Positions 1 to 9,051 of a stretch of DNA of 64,000 nt are shown piece after piece; positions within the stretch are counted from its first letter, which is position 1; each line of letters starts with the position of its first letter. A program made the position numbers and the translations under genes. Under the pieces are notes generated by a model. It saw only the letters and a list, made by a program, of their open reading frames with translations, searched no databases and was not told where the DNA came from. The DNA lies in sequence record NC_061440.1; one strand, 5' to 3'.

Positions 1-1
1 C

Positions 2-2329
2 GCACCGCGTATCTCAACAGGCTGTCTGGCGCTTGACATGTATTTGTCTGGCGGTATCGTACCTGGTGGCTGGTACACATTCAGCGGCGGTGAGCAGTCA
101 TGTAAGTCAACAATGACCATGAGCATTATGGCGAGCCTGATTCGTCTGAAATACTCTGGCATTAGCGTGGTGTTCGACTACGAAGGTTCAACCGATGCCG
201 AGTACGTTGCTGGTCAGTTGAAAACGTTCGGCGTTAAGGTCGACCCGAAAACTATCTTCGGTGTGCGTGACGATAAAGACGGTAGCTGGATCGTTAAGCC
301 CAAGATCCGTTACTACGCACCAGACAACGGTGAGCGCTTCTTCGATTATATGTCGATGCTGCGTCGTCGTCTGCCTGACAAAATCGTTGAGAAAGACGGC
401 ACCGCGTATTACATCTTTGAGAACAACAAAGAGAACGCGAAGAAGCTGGCAGGCAAGTACGATAAGAAATGGTTCAGCCGTAACAACCAGTTCAAAGTAC
501 CTGCGCCAGACGGTCACATGCAGGCGATGGTTATCGTTGACTCCTATCCTGCGATGATGCCAGATCAGGTCGATGACGATGACGGCTCGAAAGCAATGGC
601 GCTGCAAGCGCGTATGTTCTCTGACGGCATCAAACGTTTCCGTGGCGGTATGCGTCGTAAGATGATGACTATCGTTGGCGTTAACCAGTTGCGTCAGAAG
701 CCCGCAGTAATGTTCGGCAGCCCTGAGTATGAGCCTGGTGGTGATGCGTTGAAGTTCTATTGCTTCGACCGTGACACTCTGATTCGTACTGACCACGGCG
801 TGTTGACTGCACCGCAGATCAAAGCGCTGATGGACGAAGGCAAAGAAGTTGCCGTTGAGTCGTTCGATGGTTATCAGAAAATCAATGGTGCGTGGCAGGT
901 TGAAGACGCTCCGTTCCCGTTCGAACTGAATGCTGGTGGTCATGTGTATGTCGGCTCGGCCGAACATCGCCAGTTCACGTTCATGCACGATCTGACTGCC
1001 GAAGGTACTCCAGTTCTGCGTCCTGAATGGAACACGCTGAATCAACTGGCTCAGTACCCAGAGCAGAAAGGTCAGTACGCTGGTCTGCGTGTACCACCAG
1101 TTAAGGAACTGAAAGAGAATGTTCCTGACGCCTTCGATGAAGCCTCACAACTGGTAAGCAATCTGCTTGGAAACTGTGACCCTGTTAGCAAGCAACTGCC
1201 TCTGGTGACTCATGGTGATACCACCTACGCCGCAAACTGTCTGTTCATCGACACTGTGGGCGAAGACACCGACACTGGTTCGTTCTCGTTCTGGGTAGAG
1301 AAGTTACTGGCCATCGGCGTATTTGCTTACGCTGACGAAAGCGGTATCTGGATTCCAGGTCTGAACAAACACGAACTGGAAGCGGCTGTAGCGCAGGACG
1401 AACTCGGTGCGTTTGCTGGTATCAGTTTTGAAGCGACCTGTCGTCAACGTCAGACTCAAATGCTGACCGTGATTGTTGATCACTTCCCAGAGCTGGTGCG
1501 TTACGTTCTGGACTATCAGTTGCAGACAGGTGAAGATAAAATCTATCTGGCTCCTGAGCAGGACTTCGCACAGGCGCTTGACCTGATTCTGCACAAAGAG
1601 ATCGCTGACTACGATGACATGTACGACCTGCTGATGTTCCAGCTGGCGTATGTCGATGACTGGTACAACTTCGACTCTGCAATTCTGCCTGTGCCGTTTA
1701 CGCTTCGTGCGCTCAACGAACAGCGTGAGTTCTGGGACGTGAACGTTGAAGAAACGTCGGTAGTAATCACCAACGGCTTCGTCAGTCACAACAGCGACGT
1801 GCGTGTGCGTCTGGCTTCTCGTGCGGTACCAGAAGGCTGGCCGAAACTGAAAGATGCTCCTGGCATCGTCGGTGAGAAGTCGGTAACAGTTGAAGGCGGT
1901 ACTGACCGCTATCGCTTCATCGCTGCTAAGACCATTAAGAACAAGATGGGCGGCATCCCTAACCAGCAGACGTGGTTACGTTTGTGGGAAGCTGACGGTA
2001 ACGGTGAAGCTCGCGGCTTCGACCCAGTGTTCGATACGTGGCACTACCTGAAAACTCTGGGTCTGGTCAACGGTAGCCGTAAGTCTTTCAAGCTGAAAGC
2101 GCCGTGCCCGCTCGCATCTGATGTTAAGATGGATTGGGATGACTTCCGTACACTCATCAACGGCAGCAAAGAGCAAGTTGTTGGCGTGTGTAAGAAACTG
2201 AAAGTCAAACCTGCTGGCCTGCGTCTGTGGTGCTTCAAGTTCGTTCAGTCCACTAAGGGCAACGAAATGTTGAAGAACGCAATCAGTAAGTCTGCCAAGA
2301 AGTCTGATGACGACGACGGCGACGAGTAA
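2..2329 (+). CDS. uvsX: RecA/UvsX-like recombinase, intein-containing; 5' end lies upstream of the window
   Basis: Frame is open from nt 2 (APRISTGCLALD, RecA-like). Walker A variant GGEQSCKST, Walker B VIVDSY, NQLRQK..MFGSPEYEPGGDALKFY, KTIKNK. Confidence 0.9.
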   Translation, partial: APRISTGCLALDMYLSGGIVPGGWYTFSGGEQSCKSTMTMSIMASLIRLKYSGISVVFDYEGSTDAEYVAGQLKTFGVKVDPKTIFGVRDDKDGSWIVKPKIRYYAPDNGERFFDYMSMLRRRLPDKIVEKDGTAYYIFENNKENAKKLAGKYDKKWFSRNNQFKVPAPDGHMQAMVIVDSYPAMMPDQVDDDDGSKAMALQARMFSDGIKRFRGGMRRKMMTIVGVNQLRQKPAVMFGSPEYEPGGDALKFYCFDRDTLIRTDHGVLTAPQIKALMDEGKEVAVESFDGYQKINGAWQVEDAPFPFELNAGGHVYVGSAEHRQFTFMHDLTAEGTPVLRPEWNTLNQLAQYPEQKGQYAGLRVPPVKELKENVPDAFDEASQLVSNLLGNCDPVSKQLPLVTHGDTTYAANCLFIDTVGEDTDTGSFSFWVEKLLAIGVFAYADESGIWIPGLNKHELEAAVAQDELGAFAGISFEATCRQRQTQMLTVIVDHFPELVRYVLDYQLQTGEDKIYLAPEQDFAQALDLILHKEIADYDDMYDLLMFQLAYVDDWYNFDSAILPVPFTLRALNEQREFWDVNVEETSVVITNGFVSHNSDVRVRLASRAVPEGWPKLKDAPGIVGEKSVTVEGGTDRYRFIAAKTIKNKMGGIPNQQTWLRLWEADGNGEARGFDPVFDTWHYLKTLGLVNGSRKSFKLKAPCPLASDVKMDWDDFRTLINGSKEQVVGVCKKLKVKPAGLRLWCFKFVQSTKGNEMLKNAISKSAKKSDDDDGDE
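761..1792 (+). mobile_element. Intein (344 aa) in RecA/UvsX, inserted at ALKFY|SDVR
   Basis: Begins C1 (CFDRDTLIRT), block B-like SAEH, block F WDVNVEE, ends VSHN followed by +1 Ser. Removing it restores the RecA ALKFYS.VR motif. Confidence 0.92.
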
Positions 2330-2335
2330 TAAATA

Positions 2336-2357
2336 GGCGGGCTTCGGCTCGCCCTTT
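2336..2357 (+). terminator. Probable intrinsic terminator
   Basis: GGCGGGC-TTCG-GCTCGCC hairpin with a short T run after the recA stop. Confidence 0.6.
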
Positions 2358-2371
2358 CTCTGGAGAAAGAA

Positions 2372-2800
2372 ATGCGCACTCAAATCTATACGGCTGATAT
2401 CGTCAATCTGGAAACAGTGGTCGTTGACGAAGAAGGCCAAGAGACACGCAGTCCGACAATCGTTCCTAATCTCGAAGGCGAACGTGATCTGACTGTTAGC
2501 ACTCTCGGTACTATCATGGCTACCGTGACCGCTGAACCAAATCCTGACGCTCGCATGATCGTTTTGGTGTCTCGCGCCCTGTTCCCTGCTTTCGCAGACC
2601 CTGAAGGTGACCTGTTCGATATCTTCGATCCAATCGAACGCGTTGCTGATGTTGTTGCTGGAAACGTTGGCAGCATTCTCGGTATGCAGGTAGTAATCAA
2701 CGATAAGTCCGACGACAACGTTCTGGCTATCGCTGATGTTCTCGATAACGAAGCTGGCGTTACTATTCGCACCTTCGGCGCTGCGCTCGTTCGCGCGTAA
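2372..2800 (+). CDS. Hypothetical protein (142 aa)
   Basis: ORF with GGAG RBS. Confidence 0.75.
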   Translation: MRTQIYTADIVNLETVVVDEEGQETRSPTIVPNLEGERDLTVSTLGTIMATVTAEPNPDARMIVLVSRALFPAFADPEGDLFDIFDPIERVADVVAGNVGSILGMQVVINDKSDDNVLAIADVLDNEAGVTIRTFGAALVRA

Positions 2801-2806
2801 GTAAAC

Positions 2807-2834
2807 TTGTGCGGGAAAGCATTATCCCGCACAA
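2807..2834. repeat. Perfect 10-bp inverted repeat
   Basis: TTGTGCGGGA-8 nt-TCCCGCACAA, no T tail. Confidence 0.8.
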
Positions 2835-2841
2835 TCCCTCT

Positions 2842-2894
2842 CTCGATAGGCAATACGCCACGAGAAAACAAATCACTCGATAGGCAATACGCCA
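2842..2894 (+). repeat. 19-bp direct repeat x2
   Basis: CTCGATAGGCAATACGCCA at 2842-2860 and 2876-2894, directly before the RBS of ORF 2905. Confidence 0.9.
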
Positions 2895-2904
2895 GGAGTA
2901 ATGT

Positions 2905-3606
2905 ATGAAAAAGATTCAACACGTAACACTTCCGACCGATGCACTCAACGGACTCATTCACGGTTATTACCACCACAGCAAAACCACTGATGAATTTTGC
3001 AGATCGTTGATCTATATTGACGTGACCGCCCGCAGCGCCTCAGATGCGCTGTATGCTATATTGAAACGTGAGCCGACAAAAGGCATTGTCCCTATGGGAT
3101 ATGATTGCTTACGAGAAGCACGTGGGCACACTGCTCCAGCACAACTCGCAATCGTATTGTCCAGCAACCTGTTGCATATAGATAATACGAAGATGGCCAG
3201 AGGCGTACAGGCCATCTTTAATGCTCTGGCCATAACCACGCACACAAACGATACTCAAATAACTGTGTACGGCGAGCCTGGAGTAAGTAAGATTCTCAAC
3301 ATAATGCGCGACATTCAATATAAAGAATATATTAACGCGCCTGAATCCGACATTGTGCTTGGCGACTTTAACCTTGAGTCGAACATGACTATAGACCATT
3401 TCGTTCACATGGCTATCGATCCTAAGTTCGAAGAAGCTATTCGCAATTCTCCTGCCACAGAATTTAAACTGGGCAGCAGTTTCATGTTCATGCACCCAGA
3501 TGAATTGGCTAAGGTTGTACGCATGGTCCGCCGTTGCAGTAAAATCTGCATCATGCACCCTGACATTCATCGCTATTACTTTGAGAACGTAATCTGTAAA
3601 TACTAA
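2905..3606 (+). CDS. Hypothetical protein (233 aa)
   Basis: ORF with AGGAG RBS. Confidence 0.75.
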   Translation: MKKIQHVTLPTDALNGLIHGYYHHSKTTDEFCRSLIYIDVTARSASDALYAILKREPTKGIVPMGYDCLREARGHTAPAQLAIVLSSNLLHIDNTKMARGVQAIFNALAITTHTNDTQITVYGEPGVSKILNIMRDIQYKEYINAPESDIVLGDFNLESNMTIDHFVHMAIDPKFEEAIRNSPATEFKLGSSFMFMHPDELAKVVRMVRRCSKICIMHPDIHRYYFENVICKY

Positions 3607-3708
3607 TCACCAAACCGAACACATTGCTGTGTGTAGTCTAGCCCGACTTGGGCAGGGGAGAGCCGGATGGCCTCCCCATTTTTTTATCTACACGCTGCGG
3701 AGAACAGT

Positions 3709-4710
3709 ATGTCTAAAACGAAGTCAACGCCACAGACCTTTCTCGATCTATTCCTAAAAGACGTTAAGCTCTTTCTGCCTAGATTCGACAAAGGGCTGGA
3801 CGCGTACTTATTAAAGTGCAAAGGCAAGCCGGGTCCTTATGGTGTATCGCTTCATCAATACATGAAGTGGCTAAATCCTGTAGCGCGACTTCCTGCCAAC
3901 GCAAGCGAAGTGTCTATCATCACATCAGGCTACCTGCATTACTTTTGGCAGCTCGCTAAACCTAACTTTGTGTTGGAGCCTGTGCTTGTCAATCACTTGG
4001 TTGAGTCTGTGTTGCCAGACGAACTCCCGGCTGAGATTCTTCAACGTCTGCCTTACTGGAGTCAGTGGATTACGTTGCCTCTACATCTGATAAGCAAAGA
4101 CAATATTCTGGATCTGGACTTCGATGGTGCTTTCGTTGGGTATACATCAATCGACAACAGACCTGCGCTTGTCCTTGCTGCGCCGTTTGTCTCCAACAAT
4201 CAAAGCATTCGTTCGAACGACTTCACGCCGTTCGTTACATCTCATGTGTTTCTGGATGCTCCTGTACGTCCAGAGTTTTTGGTGAGGAACAGTCACATCC
4301 TTAACGTTGCCTCTGACGCAATGAGCAAAGAAGCCTACGCAACACTGATAATCAACATTCACCACTTCTTGGTGAAAGTGATCAACTGTGTCATGTATAT
4401 CTGCTCTCAACAGGAAGCATTGTATCAGGAAGGTCATTCTCAACCTAAGCCTCAGCGTTTAGGTAAGAGCTATCGCATCACGCCACCGAAAGATGATCGC
4501 ATGATCACGGTAGGCGCCGAGATGACCAGGATTCTCAAAGACTTCGAAGCAGAAGTCGAAGCGTGTACTCGCGCTTTCAATGGGCGTAAGCCGCATATAC
4601 GAAAAGCGCACTACCACCACTTCTGGACAGGACCGAAAGTAGGAGTTCGTAGCCTTGTCTGCAAGTGGTTGCCACCAAGTATTGTTCGCGGCACTATCGT
4701 AGAGCAATAA
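3709..4710 (+). CDS. AcrVA2/FinQ-family protein (probable start 3709; track start 3667)
   Basis: C-terminal RKPHIRKAHYHHFWTG...KWLPP, plus LPDELP..IL..LP.W and a MYIC helix, in the order I recall for AcrVA2. Confidence 0.75.
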   Translation: MSKTKSTPQTFLDLFLKDVKLFLPRFDKGLDAYLLKCKGKPGPYGVSLHQYMKWLNPVARLPANASEVSIITSGYLHYFWQLAKPNFVLEPVLVNHLVESVLPDELPAEILQRLPYWSQWITLPLHLISKDNILDLDFDGAFVGYTSIDNRPALVLAAPFVSNNQSIRSNDFTPFVTSHVFLDAPVRPEFLVRNSHILNVASDAMSKEAYATLIINIHHFLVKVINCVMYICSQQEALYQEGHSQPKPQRLGKSYRITPPKDDRMITVGAEMTRILKDFEAEVEACTRAFNGRKPHIRKAHYHHFWTGPKVGVRSLVCKWLPPSIVRGTIVEQ

Positions 4711-4755
4711 CTTTTATCTCAACTCCACGTATGGGCGTTATGCCCGGAGACTATT

Positions 4756-5523
4756 ATGAAATCTCGTGTACAACATGCGTATATTCCTGATATGGAATCG
4801 TTTGACCCTTACGTCCGTTCTCTGTGCCATATGGCGCGAGCACTGGACACATCGAATGCTAACTACGGTAAACTGAAACGTGTCGTGATAATCGGCACTT
4901 CGAAGCGCGTGGTCGAAGCCTACGTTAAGCAGTTACTCAACACAAACAACCTGCCGCACACTCTCATTTGCTTTGGCGTAGACGAACCGCCTATCAGTCA
5001 CCGCGATTATACCTACGCTGGCGCCCACGTTGTGCTGATGCACGACCTGACCTACGTTGATAGCGGTACGATGGGCAAAGTCGCCACGCGTGTGATTGAA
5101 ATCATCGACAGCCTCAAACAGAAGCCTGGCGAAACAGAACTTAAAAATTCCGAGCTGTCTATGGTGTATTCGAATCCTCTGCTGTGGCGATCCATTATCG
5201 ACTACGGTGCTTCCGTTTCTCTGCGCATGAATGGCAGCAACATTGAATACCGTAGCGGTCTGGTGTCGTCTATTGGCTTCGATGCGTTGCTGCGTTGTGA
5301 AAGCAATGCAGACTACCATGAACTTCGCGCTGATACGATTACGATCGGTCTGGAGTTCTTCTGCGTACACACGGACTACCTGCTGTCAAAAGTACACAAC
5401 CTGCTGTGGTCACTTGCATGTGATGATTGCAAGTTCAAAAAGACGCACCGTATTATCTTCCATGAAGACTTCCGACGCTTATTCTTCGAAGAATATCTCT
5501 TGAGGGACTTCCAGGGCTTTTAA
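4756..5523 (+). CDS. Hypothetical protein (255 aa)
   Basis: ORF with GGAG RBS. Confidence 0.75.
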   Translation: MKSRVQHAYIPDMESFDPYVRSLCHMARALDTSNANYGKLKRVVIIGTSKRVVEAYVKQLLNTNNLPHTLICFGVDEPPISHRDYTYAGAHVVLMHDLTYVDSGTMGKVATRVIEIIDSLKQKPGETELKNSELSMVYSNPLLWRSIIDYGASVSLRMNGSNIEYRSGLVSSIGFDALLRCESNADYHELRADTITIGLEFFCVHTDYLLSKVHNLLWSLACDDCKFKKTHRIIFHEDFRRLFFEEYLLRDFQGF

Positions 5524-5596
5524 GATTATTCTTAGCCTGCTCTCTAATTTCAATATGTTGGCAAGTAGTGCTGACATATCGTTATTGGAGAATAAC

Positions 5597-5857
5597 ATGT
5601 GCGAACGTAGCCATTTGCGGTTGAAGTACCTCGCACGGTCATCTGGCTGGTGCAATAATAAAGTAAACGCTTGTAGTGAGCGGAAGGCGAAGAATGTACA
5701 ATGCGAAGAATTTTTGGCAGCGACCAAAGATTGCCGCAGCGAACAGAAGTCGTCCAGTGTTGTTTCATTCTTCAAAGGTCATGAGCTGGTTGGTCAGGCT
5801 ATATGGCATGAGATAGAGGGAGACAGCACACTTCAATTCCGGTTGCTACTTGCTTAA
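5597..5857 (+). CDS. Small Cys-containing hypothetical protein
   Basis: GGAG RBS before ATG 5597; followed by a terminator. Confidence 0.55.
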   Translation: MCERSHLRLKYLARSSGWCNNKVNACSERKAKNVQCEEFLAATKDCRSEQKSSSVVSFFKGHELVGQAIWHEIEGDSTLQFRLLLA

Positions 5858-5863
5858 CGACAG

Positions 5864-5904
5864 AGGGCCTTTCAGAGTAATATCTGGTGGGCCCTTTCTT
5901 CTTT
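5864..5904 (+). terminator. Intrinsic terminator
   Basis: AGGGCC...GGCCCT stem followed by TTCTTCTTT. Confidence 0.6.
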
Positions 5905-5956
5905 CTATGCTAATTTTGCCTGTCACTAACACACCAACCGACTTCGGGGTATCACT

Positions 5957-7645
5957 ATGTCTTTGATTAAGATCGAAGGCGTCCAATCACTGTCTGCGCC
6001 TACCAAAGCCCAGAAAGACGCCGCTGTTTATATGTTTGGTCCTAAGGGCCATTCAATCGTCGCCGTACTCGACAAGTTCAGTCGTGTAAAAGAACTGCGC
6101 ACTGCCCACATTGACGGTCTGCTCAAGCTGATGAAAGAAGGTGAAGATGACGAGATCGTCAAGTTCACTGCATCGGCTGCTGGTAAGAAATCTCTGACTG
6201 CGGCCAAGCAGTTCGCTACAGCCAAAACTCTGGCCATGTCCATCAAAGCGCTGAAACTGATTCGCGTTCCGATGAAGTGGATCGCTGGTCACTCTGATGC
6301 GGCAGCAGCCCGTATCACCGAGACGAAAGAAATTCGCGCCCGTAAGACTGCCGGCAACAAGCCAGAGAAGCCAATCAAACTCGATAATCCTCATGCGCCA
6401 GAAGCGACAACGGCCGAACAGACCAAACAGAACTCTGCCTTGAGCAAAATCTACAAGCTGCCTAAAAACGGCAATGGTTATGACAATAAACTGTCTCCGC
6501 AGTGGAACGCCCTGATTAAAACAATCAACACTACCTTCAAAGGGATGTTCGCTGCCAAGTGGATCAAAGCCGAAGGTGCTATTCGCATCACGCCTAAAGG
6601 TCCTGGGTATCGCTCAATCCCTGAAGCCTTCTTGGGTGCTATCCCTGAAGACAATAGCTGGCAGATGTATACCGTGTCACCGCGCGGGCAGGTTGAAGGC
6701 TACGCTATCGGCAATCAACTGACTATGGCTTCTGTTGCTATATTCATGCGTGACTTCATGGCTACCAAGAAGACTCCTGATGTTGCAGCCATCAATAAGA
6801 TGGTTGCTGGCGCTACTGCGTTCAACACAGAAGTCCTGCACACCGAAGAGAACAGTCCAGAACTGAAAGAACTGGGTGATGCTCAACGCAAGCTGGACGC
6901 AGAAGGTGTAGCAAAAGGCGCCATCAACTCTGTTACCAAGATCACTTCGGCTAACGTGTCTAAGATTACACGTGGAGCGCAGATTAAGATCGAAGAACAG
7001 TTGAACAACAAGCTGGGGAATGTTCTGTATAACGCGAACTTCCGTGAGAAAGGCACCTACTCAGCGCTCGATGGTTACCTGTTTGAAATGACTCAGGCGA
7101 CTAAGCATAGCGGTTCGGGCAACAAGTACGCAGCGTTCGCACTGATTCCTCCTCAGAAAGGTACTCAACTTGCAGGTCAGACTTGGCGTGTAGCGGCATT
7201 TAACATGGGCCGCCAGACTGCCACTGACCTGATTGATATCGGTGCTAAGTTCTCTCTGGCGAAAGTGAAGTCTGCTATCAAACAGATTGACGGCGTTTCT
7301 TCTACAAAGTACACACCGTCAGGTAAGTCGCCTGACTCTTTGGTGGATGAAATCGCAGAAACCCCTGCTCGTAAAATCGCAGCAATGCCTTTACAGGGAC
7401 GCGAAGAATACTTCAACGCCCTGAACGCTGTCATTCAGCGTAACATGCCTCACGCAAACGTGATTGTGTCTTCTGATGGCTTGACGATAACAAAAGGCAG
7501 TAAGATGCACACCGTGAGTCTGACTGATAAAGGCTGGTTCATTAAGACTGGCGCCACAGGCAAACCAAAACGTATCGGCGTAACGTTCGATATTGTTGAC
7601 CTTCTGGGCATGATCGACAAGAGCATTCTCAAACCTAAAGCGTAA
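5957..7645 (+). CDS. Lys/Ala-rich hypothetical protein (562 aa)
   Basis: Long ORF with high-expression-like codon usage, bounded by terminators. Confidence 0.85.
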   Translation: MSLIKIEGVQSLSAPTKAQKDAAVYMFGPKGHSIVAVLDKFSRVKELRTAHIDGLLKLMKEGEDDEIVKFTASAAGKKSLTAAKQFATAKTLAMSIKALKLIRVPMKWIAGHSDAAAARITETKEIRARKTAGNKPEKPIKLDNPHAPEATTAEQTKQNSALSKIYKLPKNGNGYDNKLSPQWNALIKTINTTFKGMFAAKWIKAEGAIRITPKGPGYRSIPEAFLGAIPEDNSWQMYTVSPRGQVEGYAIGNQLTMASVAIFMRDFMATKKTPDVAAINKMVAGATAFNTEVLHTEENSPELKELGDAQRKLDAEGVAKGAINSVTKITSANVSKITRGAQIKIEEQLNNKLGNVLYNANFREKGTYSALDGYLFEMTQATKHSGSGNKYAAFALIPPQKGTQLAGQTWRVAAFNMGRQTATDLIDIGAKFSLAKVKSAIKQIDGVSSTKYTPSGKSPDSLVDEIAETPARKIAAMPLQGREEYFNALNAVIQRNMPHANVIVSSDGLTITKGSKMHTVSLTDKGWFIKTGATGKPKRIGVTFDIVDLLGMIDKSILKPKA

Positions 7646-7647
7646 TC

Positions 7648-7676
7648 AAAAGGGGTGGCTTCGGCTGCCCCTTTTT
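7648..7676 (+). terminator. Intrinsic terminator
   Basis: AAAAGGGGTGGC-TTCG-GCTGCCCCTTTTT. Confidence 0.85.
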
Positions 7677-7709
7677 GCGTCTATATGCACCGCAAAGCTG
7701 TCTAACTCT

Positions 7710-7762
7710 GCATATAATAGGATGAAATCGCCGTATACGCGCCCGTACGCCCGTGATACAAT
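7710..7762 (+). promoter_or_regulatory. Promoter: GCA-N7-GG box plus extended -10
   Basis: GCATATAATAGGATGAAAT ... TGATACAAT. Confidence 0.75.
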
Positions 7763-7788
7763 ACACGTAGACGCTACATGTCGTAGCG

Positions 7789-7819
7789 CATACAACTACT
7801 GCCGAGGGGCACACAATGA
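7789..7819 (+). repeat. 31-bp leader repeat copy 1, containing the SD hairpin TGCC-GAGG-GGCA
   Basis: CATACAACTACTGCCGAGGGGCACACAATGA, identical to 8261-8291. Confidence 0.95.
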
Positions 7820-8190
7820 CTGCTATCAAATTTGCTTCTGTTTACGACATTCTTACCGAGATGGACGAATGCGCCAGAGATGTTGACTTCACCAAGACTC
7901 TTGGCTTCGACCCAATCAAAGTAGAAATTCTGCAATGTGGCTTGCAAGAAGACCTAGGCGTGTACGCTTGTCTACCGAACGCCACAAACATTCTGATTGC
8001 CGATTCTGATGACCTGTTCTCTGAGCACCTTAAAGGTGACGGCGAAATCACGGTCTGCCGCATCTTAACACCGAATGGTGAGATGTTCGATGAACCGGAA
8101 GTCGAAGTCAAACAGCTTGGCACGTTCAACGATTTTGATTCTGCGTATGCTGCGTGGTTAGCGGCGATTAACGAAGAAATCGACAAATAA
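7816..8190 (+). CDS. Acidic hypothetical protein (124 aa)
   Basis: First ORF after a promoter. Confidence 0.8.
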   Translation: MTAIKFASVYDILTEMDECARDVDFTKTLGFDPIKVEILQCGLQEDLGVYACLPNATNILIADSDDLFSEHLKGDGEITVCRILTPNGEMFDEPEVEVKQLGTFNDFDSAYAAWLAAINEEIDK

Positions 8191-8235
8191 TAGGTCAAAA
8201 GCGCCATAGCGATGTGGCGCTGTTTATCGTACTAT
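8183..8235 (+). promoter_or_regulatory. Promoter: box plus -10 (TACTAT)
   Basis: ACAAATAATAGGTCAAAA ... TACTAT; hairpin AGCGCCA..TGGCGCT in the spacer. Confidence 0.6.
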
Positions 8236-8260
8236 ATAGTCTCTAGCGCACTAACGCGCA

Positions 8261-8291
8261 CATACAACTACTGCCGAGGGGCACACAATGA
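8261..8291 (+). repeat. 31-bp leader repeat copy 2, containing an SD hairpin
   Basis: Identical to 7789-7819. Confidence 0.95.
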
Positions 8292-8989
8292 AAGCAGCAA
8301 ACTTTGACGTAGCATTCAACGCGAAAGACGAAGCAACCTTAAACGCATACGCAGCGCAAATCACCGAAGCTCTTAACGCGCTTGGTCGCCACGACCTGAA
8401 GATCAATATCATCTTCGGCACTGACCCGTTCGGCGAACGCCCTGATTTTGTGAATGACCCGAACGGTTTTCGCGTTACACAGAACGGCGAAGAAATTTTT
8501 GATATCTACACGCCGACTGAAAAACAAGTTGAAGGTGATGCGTCAGATGCTTTCATCTACGCTTCATGGGCCGACGGCGAAGCGCCGTGGGGTAAAGACG
8601 TGTCAGACAATGACATTGCAGAAATCGCCGAACACCTGAACGCTGCAATCCCACGCGTCGGCCGTGTGTTCAACGAATCTGATCGTCAGATGCTGCAAAA
8701 ACTCGCCGACACTTTGAACGCTCGTATGGACCGTACTGATGCGCGAGTGATCGTAACGAACGGCGCCGAAGACGATCTCATTGTTATGGTTGTTGGCTAC
8801 GACGAAGAAGAAGATGAAGTCAGTGACGAATACGGCTTCTTCTTGAGCCTGCCGTACACCGATGAAGACGGCACAGACGAGAAATACAGTCTGCACTACG
8901 CAGGCTACCCTGACGTGAACGACCACTCATATAGCTCTGCTGACCTCGACGAGATCTCAGAAGAAATCGAAGCGCTCGATCTGCTCTAG
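8288..8989 (+). CDS. Acidic hypothetical protein (233 aa)
   Basis: D/E-rich ORF after a promoter. Confidence 0.8.
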   Translation: MKAANFDVAFNAKDEATLNAYAAQITEALNALGRHDLKINIIFGTDPFGERPDFVNDPNGFRVTQNGEEIFDIYTPTEKQVEGDASDAFIYASWADGEAPWGKDVSDNDIAEIAEHLNAAIPRVGRVFNESDRQMLQKLADTLNARMDRTDARVIVTNGAEDDLIVMVVGYDEEEDEVSDEYGFFLSLPYTDEDGTDEKYSLHYAGYPDVNDHSYSSADLDEISEEIEALDLL

Positions 8990-9051
8990 TCACTAACTAA
9001 CTGCGGGGTTACGGCCCCGCTTACTTCACAATCTAATTGAGAGAACATACC

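Noticed and set aside
86-112. Walker A GGEQSCKST as evidence of an inactive recombinase
   Set aside because: T4 UvsX also has a non-Gly residue before the Lys, and the catalytic Lys and Ser/Thr are retained.
188-1045. 285-aa minus-strand ORF inside recA (likewise 56909-57994 inside the topoisomerase B gene)
   Set aside because: Opposite conserved enzymes, with no recognisable motifs.
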